From: Eledone cirrhosa
Taxonomy: Eukaryota
Reading direction: 5' to 3'
Assembly (NCBI GenBank): GCA_964016885.1
Contig: OZ024740.1
Span: 179,118,001-179,182,000, forward strand
DNA length: 64,000 bases
Position 1 is the first letter of the stretch, and the number at the start of each line of letters is the position of its first letter. Of the stretch, positions 37,617-51,191 are shown one piece after another. The position numbers and the translations under genes are program-made. The notes under the pieces were generated by a model. It was not told the origin of the DNA and made no database searches. It was given only the letters and a program-made list of their open reading frames with translations.

Positions 37617-39163
37617 TTCGGGATCACTTTGACTTCATGGCAGTTCCAAATCCTTTTTACCTCCCACTCTAAGTCCTGGTATCGGTTAATTTTCTCCCTC
37701 TCATTCTCTTGCACTCTCGTGTCGAATGGGCAGGCCACATCCACAATCAGGCACGATCTTTTTTCTTTGTCCAAAACCACCAGGTCAGGTCTATTGTGTT
37801 CCAGTTTCTTGTCCGTCTGAATCCTAAAATCCCACAGCACCTTCACCTGATCGTTTTCTATCATCGCCTCTGGCTTATGCTCATACCACTTCTCAGAATG
37901 TTGTAAATTGTTTACTTTGCATAGGTGCCAGTGGATCACCCTGCCCATCACATCATGTCTCCAGCCCGTAGAGTGAGTCTGGGCTAGGTGTTTACACTCG
38001 GATACAATGTGAGCCACAGTCTTTTCTCTCTCTCCACAGATCATGCACAGTGGGCTAGCCTCCTCCTTGTAAATGTGGTGTTTCAACCACTTCGTTTTGA
38101 GGGCCTGCTCCTGCGCAGCCATTAACATTCCTTCTGTAGCCTTTTTAAGGTCTCCTCTTTTCAACCAGTTCCATGTCTGTGGATCTCTAAATTCAGTTTT
38201 CTCAAAGAAGGTACTATGAAGGGATTTTTCCTGAAGGCTGCTCTTTCTCCTTGATGTTATTTCCTCCTTGGACATCCCCTGGCCTATTGTCCCCTCCTTC
38301 AGTACAGTTCTGAGCATTGGCTCCTTACTATCAGTCACGTATTTGTGTAGGTTGTTTTTCTCCATCTGAATACAGTCCTCTATGCTGATAAGATCTCTTC
38401 CACCTTCAAATCTCCTTAAGTAGAGTCTATCGACATCACTCCTCTTGTGGAACATGTTGTAAATAGTCAATAGCTTCCTAGTCTTCCTATCCATTTCTTT
38501 TTGTTCAGCAACATTATCATCTCAGAATTCCCGCACTGTACCTAATAATAGACACAGCTCGGGAATTTACTGCACTTATGGCATTTCTACTGTTCAGATG
38601 TGACTTTAATACGCTCCTTACTCTCCGAAGGTATTCAGTTCTTATCAATTCCTTCATTTTTTTGTTCTTGATGTCATCAGCCTCCAGAACGCCCAAATAC
38701 TTGTATCCTTCCTCAGAGTCAATTTCCTTTATCATCTCACATGTTGGTATCTGGATTCCGTTACTTCTGCTCAACTTACCCCTCCTCATCACAATGACTC
38801 CACACTTACTAATACCAAATTGCATACATATATCATTGCTGAAAATACGGACAGTGTCAACAAGCACACCCAACTCCTTCTCACTCTTCCCGAAGAGCTT
38901 AAGATCATCCATGAAGAGGAGGTGATTGATGGTAAGCCCTCCCTTTCCCCAACCTGTATCCTGCTCTCACTTTTCGCAGTACACTGGTCAGGGGCATCAG
39001 GGCAAGGACAAACAACAGAGGGGACAGACTATCTCCCTGAAAGATACCTCTCTTGATCTTCACGCTTCCCAAGGATTCTCCAGTTGATGTTAACTCTGTT
39101 TCCCAGGACTTCATACTTTTGCCCAACAACTGTCTGATGTTATCTGCCACCCTGAAGATCTCC
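37617..39163 (-). mobile_element. R4/Dong-like element, truncated at both ends
   Basis: RGIFQGDSLSP, MDDLKLF, YKYLG, CMICGEREKTVAHIVSEC, RHD, NRPD, IVDVACP, KINRYQDL. Confidence 0.9.
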
Positions 39164-39211
<48 letters not shown>

Positions 39212-39254
39212 TATTATTATTATTAATATTATTATTATTATTATTATTATTACA

Positions 39255-40747
39255 GTTGAATTTATCTTGCTTTATGTTCATACGAGTTATCACCAAGTCA
39301 CAACAAGGTCCGCCATGTTCAAGAAAGAACATACATACTCACACATGCATCTTTAGGTGTTTAGACTTGTGATGTACTTATATTGACAGAATCTTCCTTA
39401 GTATATGGGCAGTTCCCATTAGTACTATCTTTTGTATTTTTCCTATACGCGGGTTTCCTGGGATTTGCGATAAGTAATCATTAGACCCCTTAGGTATCAT
39501 TCCTAGAGCGCCCACAACCACTGGTATTGTTTTAGTTCTCAATTTCCACATTTTTCCAATTTCTATCTCCAGGTCCTTATACTTGCTCAATTTTTCAAAT
39601 GTTTTTATAGATACATTCTTGTCTATTGGAACGGACATATCAATTAGCAGGCATACCCTCTTTTTAAAGTCCTTCAGTATTATATCAGGTCTATTTGCAT
39701 CTATTTTTCGGTCTGTTTGGATGCTAAAGTTCCACAAGATTGAGATGTGATCTTTTTCAAGTATGGGAGGTGGTTGATGCTCCCACCAGCTCTGTCATGC
39801 CTGTTTAGGTATTCGGTTGGAGCTATAGGACTGCACATTGAAATTATATGGTCAATTGTCTCTGGTTGTTTTTTACATACACGGCATAATGGGCTGCATC
39901 CATTTTTTATTATGTTGGCTTGGTAACTTTTTGTTGGCAGACACTGATCTTGTACTGATATAATCAGTCCTTCAGTCTCCGATTTCAGTCCAGAGGATGC
40001 CAACCACTGATGGGTTAAAGTTTTGTCAACATCAGGATTGTTAGTTCGTTCTGGGTATTTTCCATACAGAGGCTTTTCTTACCATTTCTTAGCCAGTTTC
40101 TGTAGCAGTTCTTTCTTTGCAGTTGCTTTTACCTGCTTTGCTTTTTATGTGTTTTTCATTTCAGCAGTAAATGGGACTTCTGAAGTTTGTTGTCTATTAC
40201 TGTATCTTTGTGTATCTTTTGTAATGGAGTATGATCTTTTGATGCTTTCGTGTTTCAAAACGAGTTTGATCATCCAATCATGTGATTCCCTTAGATATGT
40301 AGATAATCCAATTGTTGCAGTTTTCAACGCAATGTCTAACTGGATTAACCCACGTCCTCCTTCTTTCCTAGGGAGATATATTCTATCTGTATCTGCCCTA
40401 GGGTGATGCATTCTGTGCATGGTTAAGAATTTTCTAATTTTTGTATCGAGCCTACGGATCTATGTGCTTGACCAGTTGATGACATTGTAACTGTAGGTTA
40501 CTACTGGTATGGCAAGCGTGTTTATGGCATCGATCCTATTCTTTGCATTCAATTCCGTTCTTAAGATTGCTCTTACATTGTCGAGTGCTTGATTCCGTCT
40601 CCTTCACAAACACCTAGATATTTGTAAGTTTCCTCTTGATCAAGTTCTCTTATCACATTCGCTCGATCAAGATTAATGTCTGAACTTTTCAGCAGCTTTC
40701 CTCTGGTGAACGTTGCTTTGGCACATTTATCTAGTGCAAACTCCATT
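39255..40747 (-). mobile_element. R4/Dong-like element, 5'-truncated, 3' end abutting (AAT)n
   Basis: MEFALDKCA, YKYLG, RKEGGRGL, CRVCKKQPETIDHIISMC, RHD, NRPDIIL, IDMSVP, EKLSKYKDL, PVVVGALG; (GAA)n at the 5' flank. Confidence 0.9.
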
Positions 40748-41723
40748 TCTTCTTCTTCTTCTTCTTCTTCTTCTTCTTCTTCTTCTTCTTCTTCTTCTTC
40801 TTCTTCTTCTTCTTCTTCTTCTTCTTCTTCTATCATTGTATTTGAAAATATTAAATCAAACAACACCAACAAGACATTTTTGTATTAATTTACTAACTTT
40901 AGTTCGACATCTTAAATATTACTGTTATCAAAGAAAAATCATTAAAAAAAATACTAACCGTTATGGCTGTTATTCGAATTGCCTGTTGACATATTCTATT
41001 GCACTAACGTATAGTATCTTGCCAATCTTTTAGTTTGGCAATATATATAACGAAGATCATTTCAAATTCAGTTAGTATTTTCTCTTTAGATCACTGCGAT
41101 GAGATTTGAGCAAATACATTTAGTGCATTGCAGAACGAAAGGTGATTATGTTTTATTTTTGTTTTGTTATTTAAAAAAAAAATTAGATGTTTCTCAAAAT
41201 GGCTGTATTTTACACTACTTGTACTCACTAGAAGAATTTTCTTCACTGATTTAATGAAAGATTAATGCTAATGATTGGTTTGAAACGACAACTCCACTTC
41301 TTCCTCGAAACCAAACTAGAAACCAAGAAATAAAGTATAATTCAAATGAAATAAAATATGTAAAACTAAACCATACAGGAATTAAATAAACAAAAGAAAT
41401 AAAGCTGTATCTGTAGAGTATTTTCGATAGAGAAAAATAGAAAAATTAAAATAAAGTAAAATAGAATATAAAGCTTGTTTAATTCCATTTCAGACATTTG
41501 GAAACAACATACGTAAATCCAACTAGAAATTATCTTGACCTCAAACTAATTTTCTATTCTCTTGAGTAAAATCTGTTGACAATATCTTATATAGTACAAA
41601 TAGGTTGTATACATTCAACGATATGTCTAGTTTGTATTTACACACAAACACACACACTCACACACACATCCTCTTTTCAAATGTAAAACGAAAACGGTTC
41701 AAAACAGTTCTTTAGTAAATATC

Positions 41724-41909
<186 letters not shown>

Positions 41910-41950
41910 AAATGATTGGAAATTTATACCATGCCTTCGGATCTTTATTT

Positions 41951-42017
<67 letters not shown>

Positions 42018-42186
42018 TGTATGTATAGTACATTTGGCAATATACCGTATGTTTAATTAAAAACATTTTGAAGACCATACGCTATCGGTTTTAAAGTAGT
42101 GACAATGTCACTTACTTCTTTTCCGGGAAAGAAGGGAGAGAAGCTAACAGTCTGTTTCACGCTAATTATATATATATATATATACG

Positions 42187-42221
<35 letters not shown>

Positions 42222-42994
42222 ATATATATATATATACATATATACAAATTAAATGGAGAAATAGATATATTTTTACACAAGTATAGATACATATAAAGGC
42301 GTCCAACCGGTACTAAGTTTTTCTCTATGAAAGAATTAATAAAGATCAACCCATTCAGAGCTTAATAAAATCATATCTGGCAAAAGCAAACAAGATAAGA
42401 AAAGAAAATCTTTACTTACTTATTTCAATATCCCCACTGCAGTTTCGTTGTGAAAATAACGATACTCCGAGTATAGTATAGTGAGAAATCTCAAATCATT
42501 AGGAGACTTTCTCAGTCAAGAAAAAAATTCAAGACAGGATATGTATATATATATATGTAAAAGGTAAACAGAAATAACAACACACTCGGTACAGTATATG
42601 GAAGGTATATATGGCAGGGAGAGGGTTTTAACATTTCGGACGCTAGTCCTTCATGGGAAGAAATAATGAGAAATAAAATAGATTAAGGGGACGGGCGGGA
42701 TAGAATTAGAAAAAATGTCTTTAGATAAAAATAATAGGTCCATTCACGTTGACATCTCTTGCAAAACTGTCGATGCTGGCGTTTTGTGTATGATTTGTTT
42801 TTTAGAAAAGTGGATGATGGCGCGCGAACGTAGGAAGTGTGGTAAGGAACCTGATAGACCATAACGTAGCAGAGTACTCAATACTTAGGGTAATAGAGTA
42901 GGTAATATGAAAATGTTTAACCACGACGGTAGAGCTCAAGCCGTATCGACGGTTATTTCTGAGTCCAGAAATAGCCGTCGGGATTAAACATTTT

Positions 42995-43038
<44 letters not shown>

Positions 43039-45556
43039 TAACAAATTAAAGTTTAAGCAAAGAATCGCTGCTTTCACCCTTAACGGGATGTTATAAAATA
43101 TAGAAATGGCTTCTTATTGAGTACCTTACTTACTGTGGTTACCCCAGATTGAACTAGGTATAAACTTTATATATATATATATACAAAAGAAACGATGGAA
43201 TTAAGATTGTAATACGTTGCATTGGCTATGTTACTTATCTTATTAAAATATAAATGACTTTAATGACACATTGTAAGTTGATGGATTGAAAGAATCACCA
43301 GTACGTCAGATAAAATGATTGGCGGTATTTGTTCCGACTTTGATTAACTTTAATTATTAGCTTTCCGAAATCGACAAAATGTAGTATCAATATAGGGCAC
43401 TGAAATTGCAGAATTGTTAGCGTACTGGAAAAATAACTTGCGGTAGTTATTTTGGCTTTTCACGTTCTTAGACTACAAACATGACGTCATGTCTTCTATA
43501 AAACACAGGCACAAACATTCAGGCCTGCGCCATTGGGAGTAATTTCCCACGGTAGATGAATGATCAACTCCGACCGACAGAGGCATTGGATTGCAAATCG
43601 AACTCCATTATACCTCCTGAATTCAACCGTCAACAAAATCAATACTTGATCATTAAGACTTAACATCTAATACTTTAAATCAATGCTTACCAAAAATATT
43701 TTGTCACAGAACCCATACATTGAAAACAATGTTAGAGAAAGGATTTGTTATTTAAACAAGACAGTACATTTTAATTAAATGACATTATAATACACTCCAT
43801 TCCACGAAACCCAAGAATTTTTCACTATTTTGGAAAATGTTGCTTTAGATCAACAATTATTTACAAATGATAACTTATGTGTCTCTGTTCAAAATTTTAT
43901 GATTTACGAACAAGTGATAATATAAGCCAATACTTCTCGTGGCCTGCATTTTACAACGCAATATAAAAAGGAGGGAAACTCAAACACATTGGATGATTTT
44001 GATAGTGAAAGATATTGGCAGCATATACAATGATGACTAACATACTAATTCATAATGAGACATTGGAAAACAGCAGTCAGTAAATTTTACTAATAATTAA
44101 GTGTATTACTTGAGAAACGATGAGATTCTGCCAAGTTAAACATAACTACGACACAATACAAAAGTGATGGCTCCGAGCAATGATTATAACTATTTGTTAT
44201 GAGCTGGTAATTCAGCTAAGTAAACATTTATTCTAAACGTTATATGATGATTTGTAAAAGAAAGACTATACGTAATCAATTGAATTAGACGTAGATACGC
44301 TATTGATATAAAAAAAACAATGATCTGCACACTTTAACTACCCTTTCACAAAAAACCTCACTATTTGTATTCAGAAGATTGCAAGTGCAAACATCACATA
44401 ACATAATGTTACCTCGCTGATATTTCATCACTTGTGTATGATCACCGACATTATAATTCAATTAGCAATAATAATGGTTTCTAATTTAGGCACAAGTTCA
44501 ACAATTTTGAGGAGTGGGGATAATCAATGAAATCTAAAACAGTACTTGTTACTCCCTTTTCTATCCTTTTATTTCTTGTATCTCTCATCCTATCTTTCAA
44601 TTATGCCTGAAAAGGATATTAACGGCATCCACATACACTGGAAAAAACAGCACTAACTATATCCGTGGGCAGCATACATTTCAATATAATGCAACAGTGA
44701 ATGTCAGTGTGCTTACGCTAACCAATATCTGCTGAACTGAAACCCTGATTTCACATTGATGAGCTGGTCATTTCGTGCAAATTCCGAAAATTCACTAGTA
44801 AAAAAAACAAAAAAAAAACGATTTATTCTCAACTGAAGAAAGGAAAGTACGGAGGAGAAAAATAGCGCGGTTCAAACACATAACGAAACTAAGTTCAGTG
44901 TTCATTAACACATACTGGTCTACAAAAGTTATATCTGACAGAATGTCTCCCTTGAGCCCGATGGATTGTTTGACTGTATTTATACGTTCGTATATAATAT
45001 ATTTTTGGTCACTGGTGTTTTAAATATTGTGTCTATGATTGCAACGTTTTTGCTAGCTTGCTTCTATCTATACACAGACGCAGCAGAAACGAACAGAGAC
45101 AGATATTTTATTAAAAATATAACGGAATGAATAAAAATTCAATCTGAATGAAGCTTAAAGGCAGAAGGAAATTCAAACGTGTATTAGAATTGAAAACACT
45201 CAGTAAGTATCAGCATTGGAATAAAATATTTAGCTATTGGCAGCCGAGTTTTAAGCTTCTAAGTCTGTGCTGTATAATCTTCTTTCTATGGCAAACTCTT
45301 CAACTTTGTAGGATTCACATAATTCTGCATTATGTATTAAATCTGATAAACTACATCAGTTTTCGATATTCTATAATCGGTAATTCAATAGAAATGCGAC
45401 TGAAATACTTACAGCAATGTATCTGATTCAGTGACGTCAAATATACATATTCATACAGGTGCGTGCGCACAAACATGTATACAATCATTGACAAACACAC
45501 ACACAAACAGACACACACACACACATATATACATACATATATATATACATGCATAT

Positions 45557-45587
<31 letters not shown>

Positions 45588-45661
45588 TACATATATATAT
45601 ATATGCATACACACATACACACACATATATACACATACACACATACACGCACACATACACG

Positions 45662-45739
<78 letters not shown>

Positions 45740-46088
45740 TATATACACCTATATATATATATATACACACATACACATCACATGTCTATACCCGCCCCCA
45801 TATATATATATATGTAATTATATATGCAACAATATGTCCATGTATTGTATTAGACTTTCGCATGTAAAACTATAAAATATTTTTAAATGGAGATTTACTT
45901 GAGATACATACTCTATATATGGAAATTTACAGCTTGTCTACAGTAAAGATTTACTACGTACACAGTGAACGAAAGAAGAAGGAAACAGTCATTATATATA
46001 TGTATGGGGGTGGATGTGTATCAGTATAAATAAATAAATAAATAAATATATATATATATGCATATATATATATGTGTGTGTTTGTATA

Positions 46089-46126
<38 letters not shown>

Positions 46127-46186
46127 ATAATATATATATATATATATATATAGTGAAGCTACAGTAACTCCAAGTTACACTCCCTG

Positions 46187-46253
<67 letters not shown>

Positions 46254-46644
46254 ATATATATACATACATGTATAAAATTGCAGATAGTTATTTATGCACA
46301 AAAACAGGCGTAAATATGCAAATATAAACATAGATGCATACCCACAGATACACACGTACGCATAGATACTCTTCATTATAAACAAACACGCTTATGTTAA
46401 TTCTCTTTGATATTCTCCTAGGATCCGAAAAGAAAAATTGTAATCCTGTTGGCATATATTCCTTGTGATGCAATAAATGTTATCTATTGTATGTATACTG
46501 ACAATGTTTGTCAGTATACATAAGAGCCGGGATGACAATGTGCTTAAGAAGATCGCAATGAAAACTCATTTTTGGTTTTTGATTTTTTTTCATATTTTTA
46601 GTATAGTAGTTGATAGGTAGAAACTGTGCAGCGTCGGTCTTACG

Positions 46645-46681
<37 letters not shown>

Positions 46682-46890
46682 ATATTATTGAGGATACTAT
46701 TTATGGTTATGTATATACTAAAATTTTTTATAGTTATATCTATATTTTAAACCCTAAACAGTGAAAGACAGTAATTTATTACTACCTTATTACCAGTAAG
46801 ATAAATAGCTCAATGTAATAACATCAGTTGTTCTACAGAGCAGTTATATAGAATTCACAGGAATCAAAGTTATGTTCAAACCATTTATTA

Positions 46891-46935
46891 GCTTACAATT
46901 GTTTCATCCAAACCGAGGCTTGGTGTCTTCGGAGC
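46891..46935 (-). ncRNA. Minimal hammerhead in 3' pLTR (CCGAAGA core)
   Basis: gct CCGAAGA ca ccaagc ctcg gtttgg at GAAAC AATT GTA agc. Confidence 0.72.
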
Positions 46936-48434
46936 ATTTTTCAATGTTTGTATACATACATGATCTTCTTTCCAACGCAAGAGACATACAGATACACATG
47001 TATATATTGATGTAGAGTGGGGTGACATATATTATATTATTTCTGAATGGCAATTTAAATTCAAAAATTAAAATCATATTAAAACAGAATCAAAGCAAAA
47101 TTAAAATAAAAATACAACATCGGCTGTTAACGTAGATAATGCAAGAGGATAGTTTGTTAGTCAGTTGTAGTAGTTATTGTATGCATTAGTTACACGTGGG
47201 GCATGCACGTGTGTCTTATTTATATATGATTATTGTGCGGCAGGGTATTATATGCAATACAAGCACTTTAAGCGGGTAATCAAGAGTATTATGGAGGTTG
47301 TAGTGGTAAGGTATTTTTTGTGTATGATAAGGAAGCTTGTGTGCAGAGAAATAGTATAAATGAGAAGCAAAATAATGTTATGGTTTTTGTATACACCACC
47401 ATTTTCACAATTCAGGAAACGTAATATATAGTTTATATGTCCTTCACATAATTAACGATGATTCCGTATTGGATGTTTGATGTATTAAGTTAAATTATTA
47501 TAGCTTGTTGCGGCTCAGTGTTCTTTAATCCAATTTTATAGAGCAGGTTGTTTCTGTTGCGAGAATTTACATCGTTTTATTATCCGGAAGTATGTGTGTG
47601 ATTACGGGGAGTTAATGCGTGAGGGAAGGTAACTAGCTGATTTCTATAACTAAATTTATTCTTCCTACATACATTAAAAGGTGTCTCAATTGAGTCCCTT
47701 ATATATACGGTTATATACAGTTTCCAAATTTAAGTATCCTATCTTTAATTACAGTCTACTCTATCATGAAGTACTAAAGGTATCTATATTCTGATCATTA
47801 CTCCCTATCATAGAGTGCTACAACTGAATATTCCATACGAAGAGTCAGATCTACATATCAAAGTTCTTTGTAAATGTAGTCTACTCACAGAACCTGTCAG
47901 GGGCCCTATTAGGACTACGTCTATATATAACCCCTGGTAAGCTCTGGGTCAGCGTATGGCTGATTGCATGGCAAAGTTAAATATCTCTAGGGTAGACCAA
48001 AAAACATTTCTCATTTACAATGTCATTAATCTATCTATCAAGTTATACATGTATGTATAACTCACATACCACTTGTACATAATTCATTGTACTCAACATA
48101 TAGGTTATACAGCTCTTTTATGTTAATAAATTAATCCTCTATTTATCTAATGATAGCACTCCATACATACAGCAACATTTGCACAAATAATTCATTGCTG
48201 AATTCGGTGTTTAAAGTTGACATATAATTATGTTGTTATATAATACAGTGTAAGTAAATGAAAGTAATTATACTAAAAGTAGGTGTACATGGGGATATTT
48301 CTAGGGTAAAAGGTTTTAGATAGATGCCACGAAGTGTGTTAAGATAGGGTGGATCATTGAGTGTGGAGTTGTGGTGTAAGGTGTACCCTTGAGGTGTGTT
48401 ACTAAAAGTGGTGATGGGTTCAAGCCTCACATTG

Positions 48435-50895
48435 CTATATATTGAGTTTAAAGTTTTGGAAAGAGTTTCGGAAGCGGTGCTGGCATGACGCGAACACTTC
48501 CGATTTTTTATTAAGGCGGTTATGGTTTGAGAAGATAATAGTATGGGTCTCTATTAGACAGAGGTTACAAAATTTATTAGGTGGTTTGTACGATGTCGCC
48601 TTACCTATCACTTCCCATTTAAGTGTATAAGATCTATTTTTAGTGTTTAGATAGTGTATGTAGCTAGATAGTGAAGTGGAGTTGGCTGGACTGTGTTTTG
48701 TGAAAGAATGGAGATGCGAATTGTATCTGGTTTTGAAGCAGTTTGAAGTAGAGCCTATATAGGTTTCAGAAGAGTTGCTAGTTGTGACGGTGCATGAGTA
48801 TATGATATCCTTGATTAAGCATTTTTTATCTAAAGGGCAGGTTCTATTAGATCTACAGTTACAATTATTTTGGATGTTAGCTTGCCGGTTATTGTGTTGT
48901 GTAGAAGTCTGGATGGTAGCTGTTGTATTATGGTTATGGGCGTTGTCGCTCTCAGCGTCATTGCTTACATTAGTGCTATTACTATTATTACTATTGTTAT
49001 CAGGGTTAGTTGATATAATGTTATTTTGAAGGTTTACCCCCTGTTGTGATTTAGTTTGTTGGAAGTAAGAATTAATTTTTCTTTTATTGCTACTAGCTAT
49101 GTGGTATGCTATGTTAGGCGTGGTAGAGTAGGAGATTTTAATTGTGTTTTTGTTTAAAAGGCTATGGCACTTGTGGCCAGATGGGAAGTTTTTATCCAGG
49201 AGTGAGAAGAAAGCCTTAGGTAGGTTGGTAGAGACGTTTAGATTGAAAGGAGGGTTGAAAAATGTATTATTTCTTCTTCTATTTTTGTTTTTTATGTCTG
49301 GTGAGTTGTTTCCGTTTATGGTATTATGGTGACTTCTGTGGTGTGGGTTACGTTTGGTGGCATCCTTCGTATTAGTGTGTGTGTGGTTGCTATTCTTATT
49401 ACTATTTTCCCTCATGGACATATTGTGCGAAATAATGTTGTAGCTATGTGTTTTTGTAGGTAGGAACTCGATCTCCTTATTGTGGCCTGATCTAGCTAAT
49501 GCCTGATTATAATATTGCGAGTTTTTGCTAAATATGTTTACGTCATAGGATAGATTAGAGATTCTATTGGATATTCCCTTAGAGATAGAGTTTAATATTG
49601 ATCTAGGGTGGTTAGACTTGGTATCTACGTAAATGAGATTTTCGTTAGGTTTATGGAATGGTGTATATATCCCTGAGTTTAGGTAGAGGGTGGCGTCTAG
49701 GAAGTTAACGTTTTTAGTGTTTTTGTCTATGGTGATACTTAGGTTATAGTTTTTGAAAGTCTTGTGCAATAGTTTTCTAGTTCTTTCTATATTGAATTTT
49801 TTATAGTCTATAAGTAGAAGTGCATCATCGCGGTACAAACCACCGTTGAGGTATCGAAGGTCCTTATGGATTTCGTTTAGTAGATATAGGCCGACCAAAT
49901 CAGTGACCTGCGCCGAGTCACTAGATCCCATGGTTATGTCGAAGTTGTTTTGCGTATCCTTGCGGGTCCATTATTGGTCTTCAAAGGTGTGATTACGGTT
50001 TTACGGGCCGCAAGTATGACATCAATCTGGGGTCTGGTCAGGTCACTATTGTTCATGGCCATGATTAGTGCCTTATTTAATAGGATAGGCGAAATAGAAG
50101 TGTAGTATGAATTGATATCAAATTGAATAAATTTGTTATACTTGTTTTCCTTGATATCTCTGAACCATTCAATAACTTCACCCGTATTTCCCCATTGTTT
50201 AAGGTATATCTTGTGTTTAATCTGTGGGATGATTTTATCTAAAATTTTCTATTGATAATGCCAATGTCAGACTTGGATGGGCAGATTAGTCTAATCGAGG
50301 GGTTGCTAATGAAGTCCTCCTTATGGTCCTTCAGAGAGAATCTAGGGGGTTTTGGGGTATATGGTTGTGTATGTCTCTGAAGTTCTAGTTTGGACACTAT
50401 ATTACAGCCTTCTATATTAATTTCCTCCAAGTTTTTCATAGTAGTTTTCTTGTAGCTTTTATGTAGTTCATTATATATAAACTTTCTATATGTATTATAA
50501 TCTAGGCTGTATATGTTATTAATTTTGTCCGCATGTACAATAATTTTATTACTAGTTTTGAATTCATTAATAGAGGAGTTAAGTTTGTTCAAGATGGTGT
50601 TGTTTTTATTACGATGCTTTTTGTATTTAATGTTCTTAACTAGTTGTATTAGGTCATATTCAAAGGAGTCTAGTAGTGTGTTGTGAGGGGGGTTTCTAAA
50701 AGTTTTAAAGCCGAAGGAGTCGAATTTGTTAGTATTATCAACCTTGTTAGATTTGTTTTTATCATAATGGAATGTCCTCCATCTCACTCTATTGATAAAG
50801 GAGTTGACACTGTTGATGAATAATTTCTCATATGTATTCTTGGATGGTATTGGTATGTTCTTGGTTGACATAGGGAGTTGGTCTTTGATCAGCAT
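48435..50895 (-). pseudogene. PLE polyprotein (RT plus C-terminal GIY-YIG endonuclease), disrupted at ~49950-50240
   Basis: STKNIPIP, ADK, LKDHK, QFDI, MGSSDSAQVTDLVG, GLYRDDAL, NFLD, SNHP, FFNPPF, CNCR...CPL..KC, IIY...TYIG, RYNSH, CNLCLIE. Confidence 0.93.
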
Positions 50896-51146
50896 ACTGG
50901 CAATTTATTGTATGTTAGCTCAACAGTATGGAGCAGTTAATAGAATTAAGGATACTATTTATGGTTATGTATATACTAAAACTTTTTATAGTTATATATA
51001 TTTTAAATCCTAAACAGTGAAAGACAGTAATTTATTACTACCTTATTACTAATAAGATAAATAGCTCAATGTAATAACATTAGTTGTTCTACAGAGCAGT
51101 TATATAGAATTCACAGGAATCAAAGTTATGTTCAAACCATTTATTA

Positions 51147-51191
51147 GCTTACAATTGTTTCATCCAAACCGAGGCTTGGTGTCTTCGGAGC
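51147..51191 (-). ncRNA. Minimal hammerhead in 5' pLTR (CCGAAGA core)
   Basis: Same as 46891-46935; the inverted copy at 53274-53318 has ACGAAGA. Confidence 0.72.

Noticed and set aside
43480-44460. Repeat-poor stretch as possible host exons (also 59.0-59.9 kb)
   Set aside because: No sustained ORF or recognisable protein motif; cannot be supported without RNA-seq
48435-49931. Selenocysteine recoding (known in some Naiad PLEs)
   Set aside because: The conserved Cys positions I could read in the GIY-YIG regions (2.6-3.1, 29.8-30.3, 32.6 and 48.4-48.9 kb) are not TGA, and I saw no convincing SECIS
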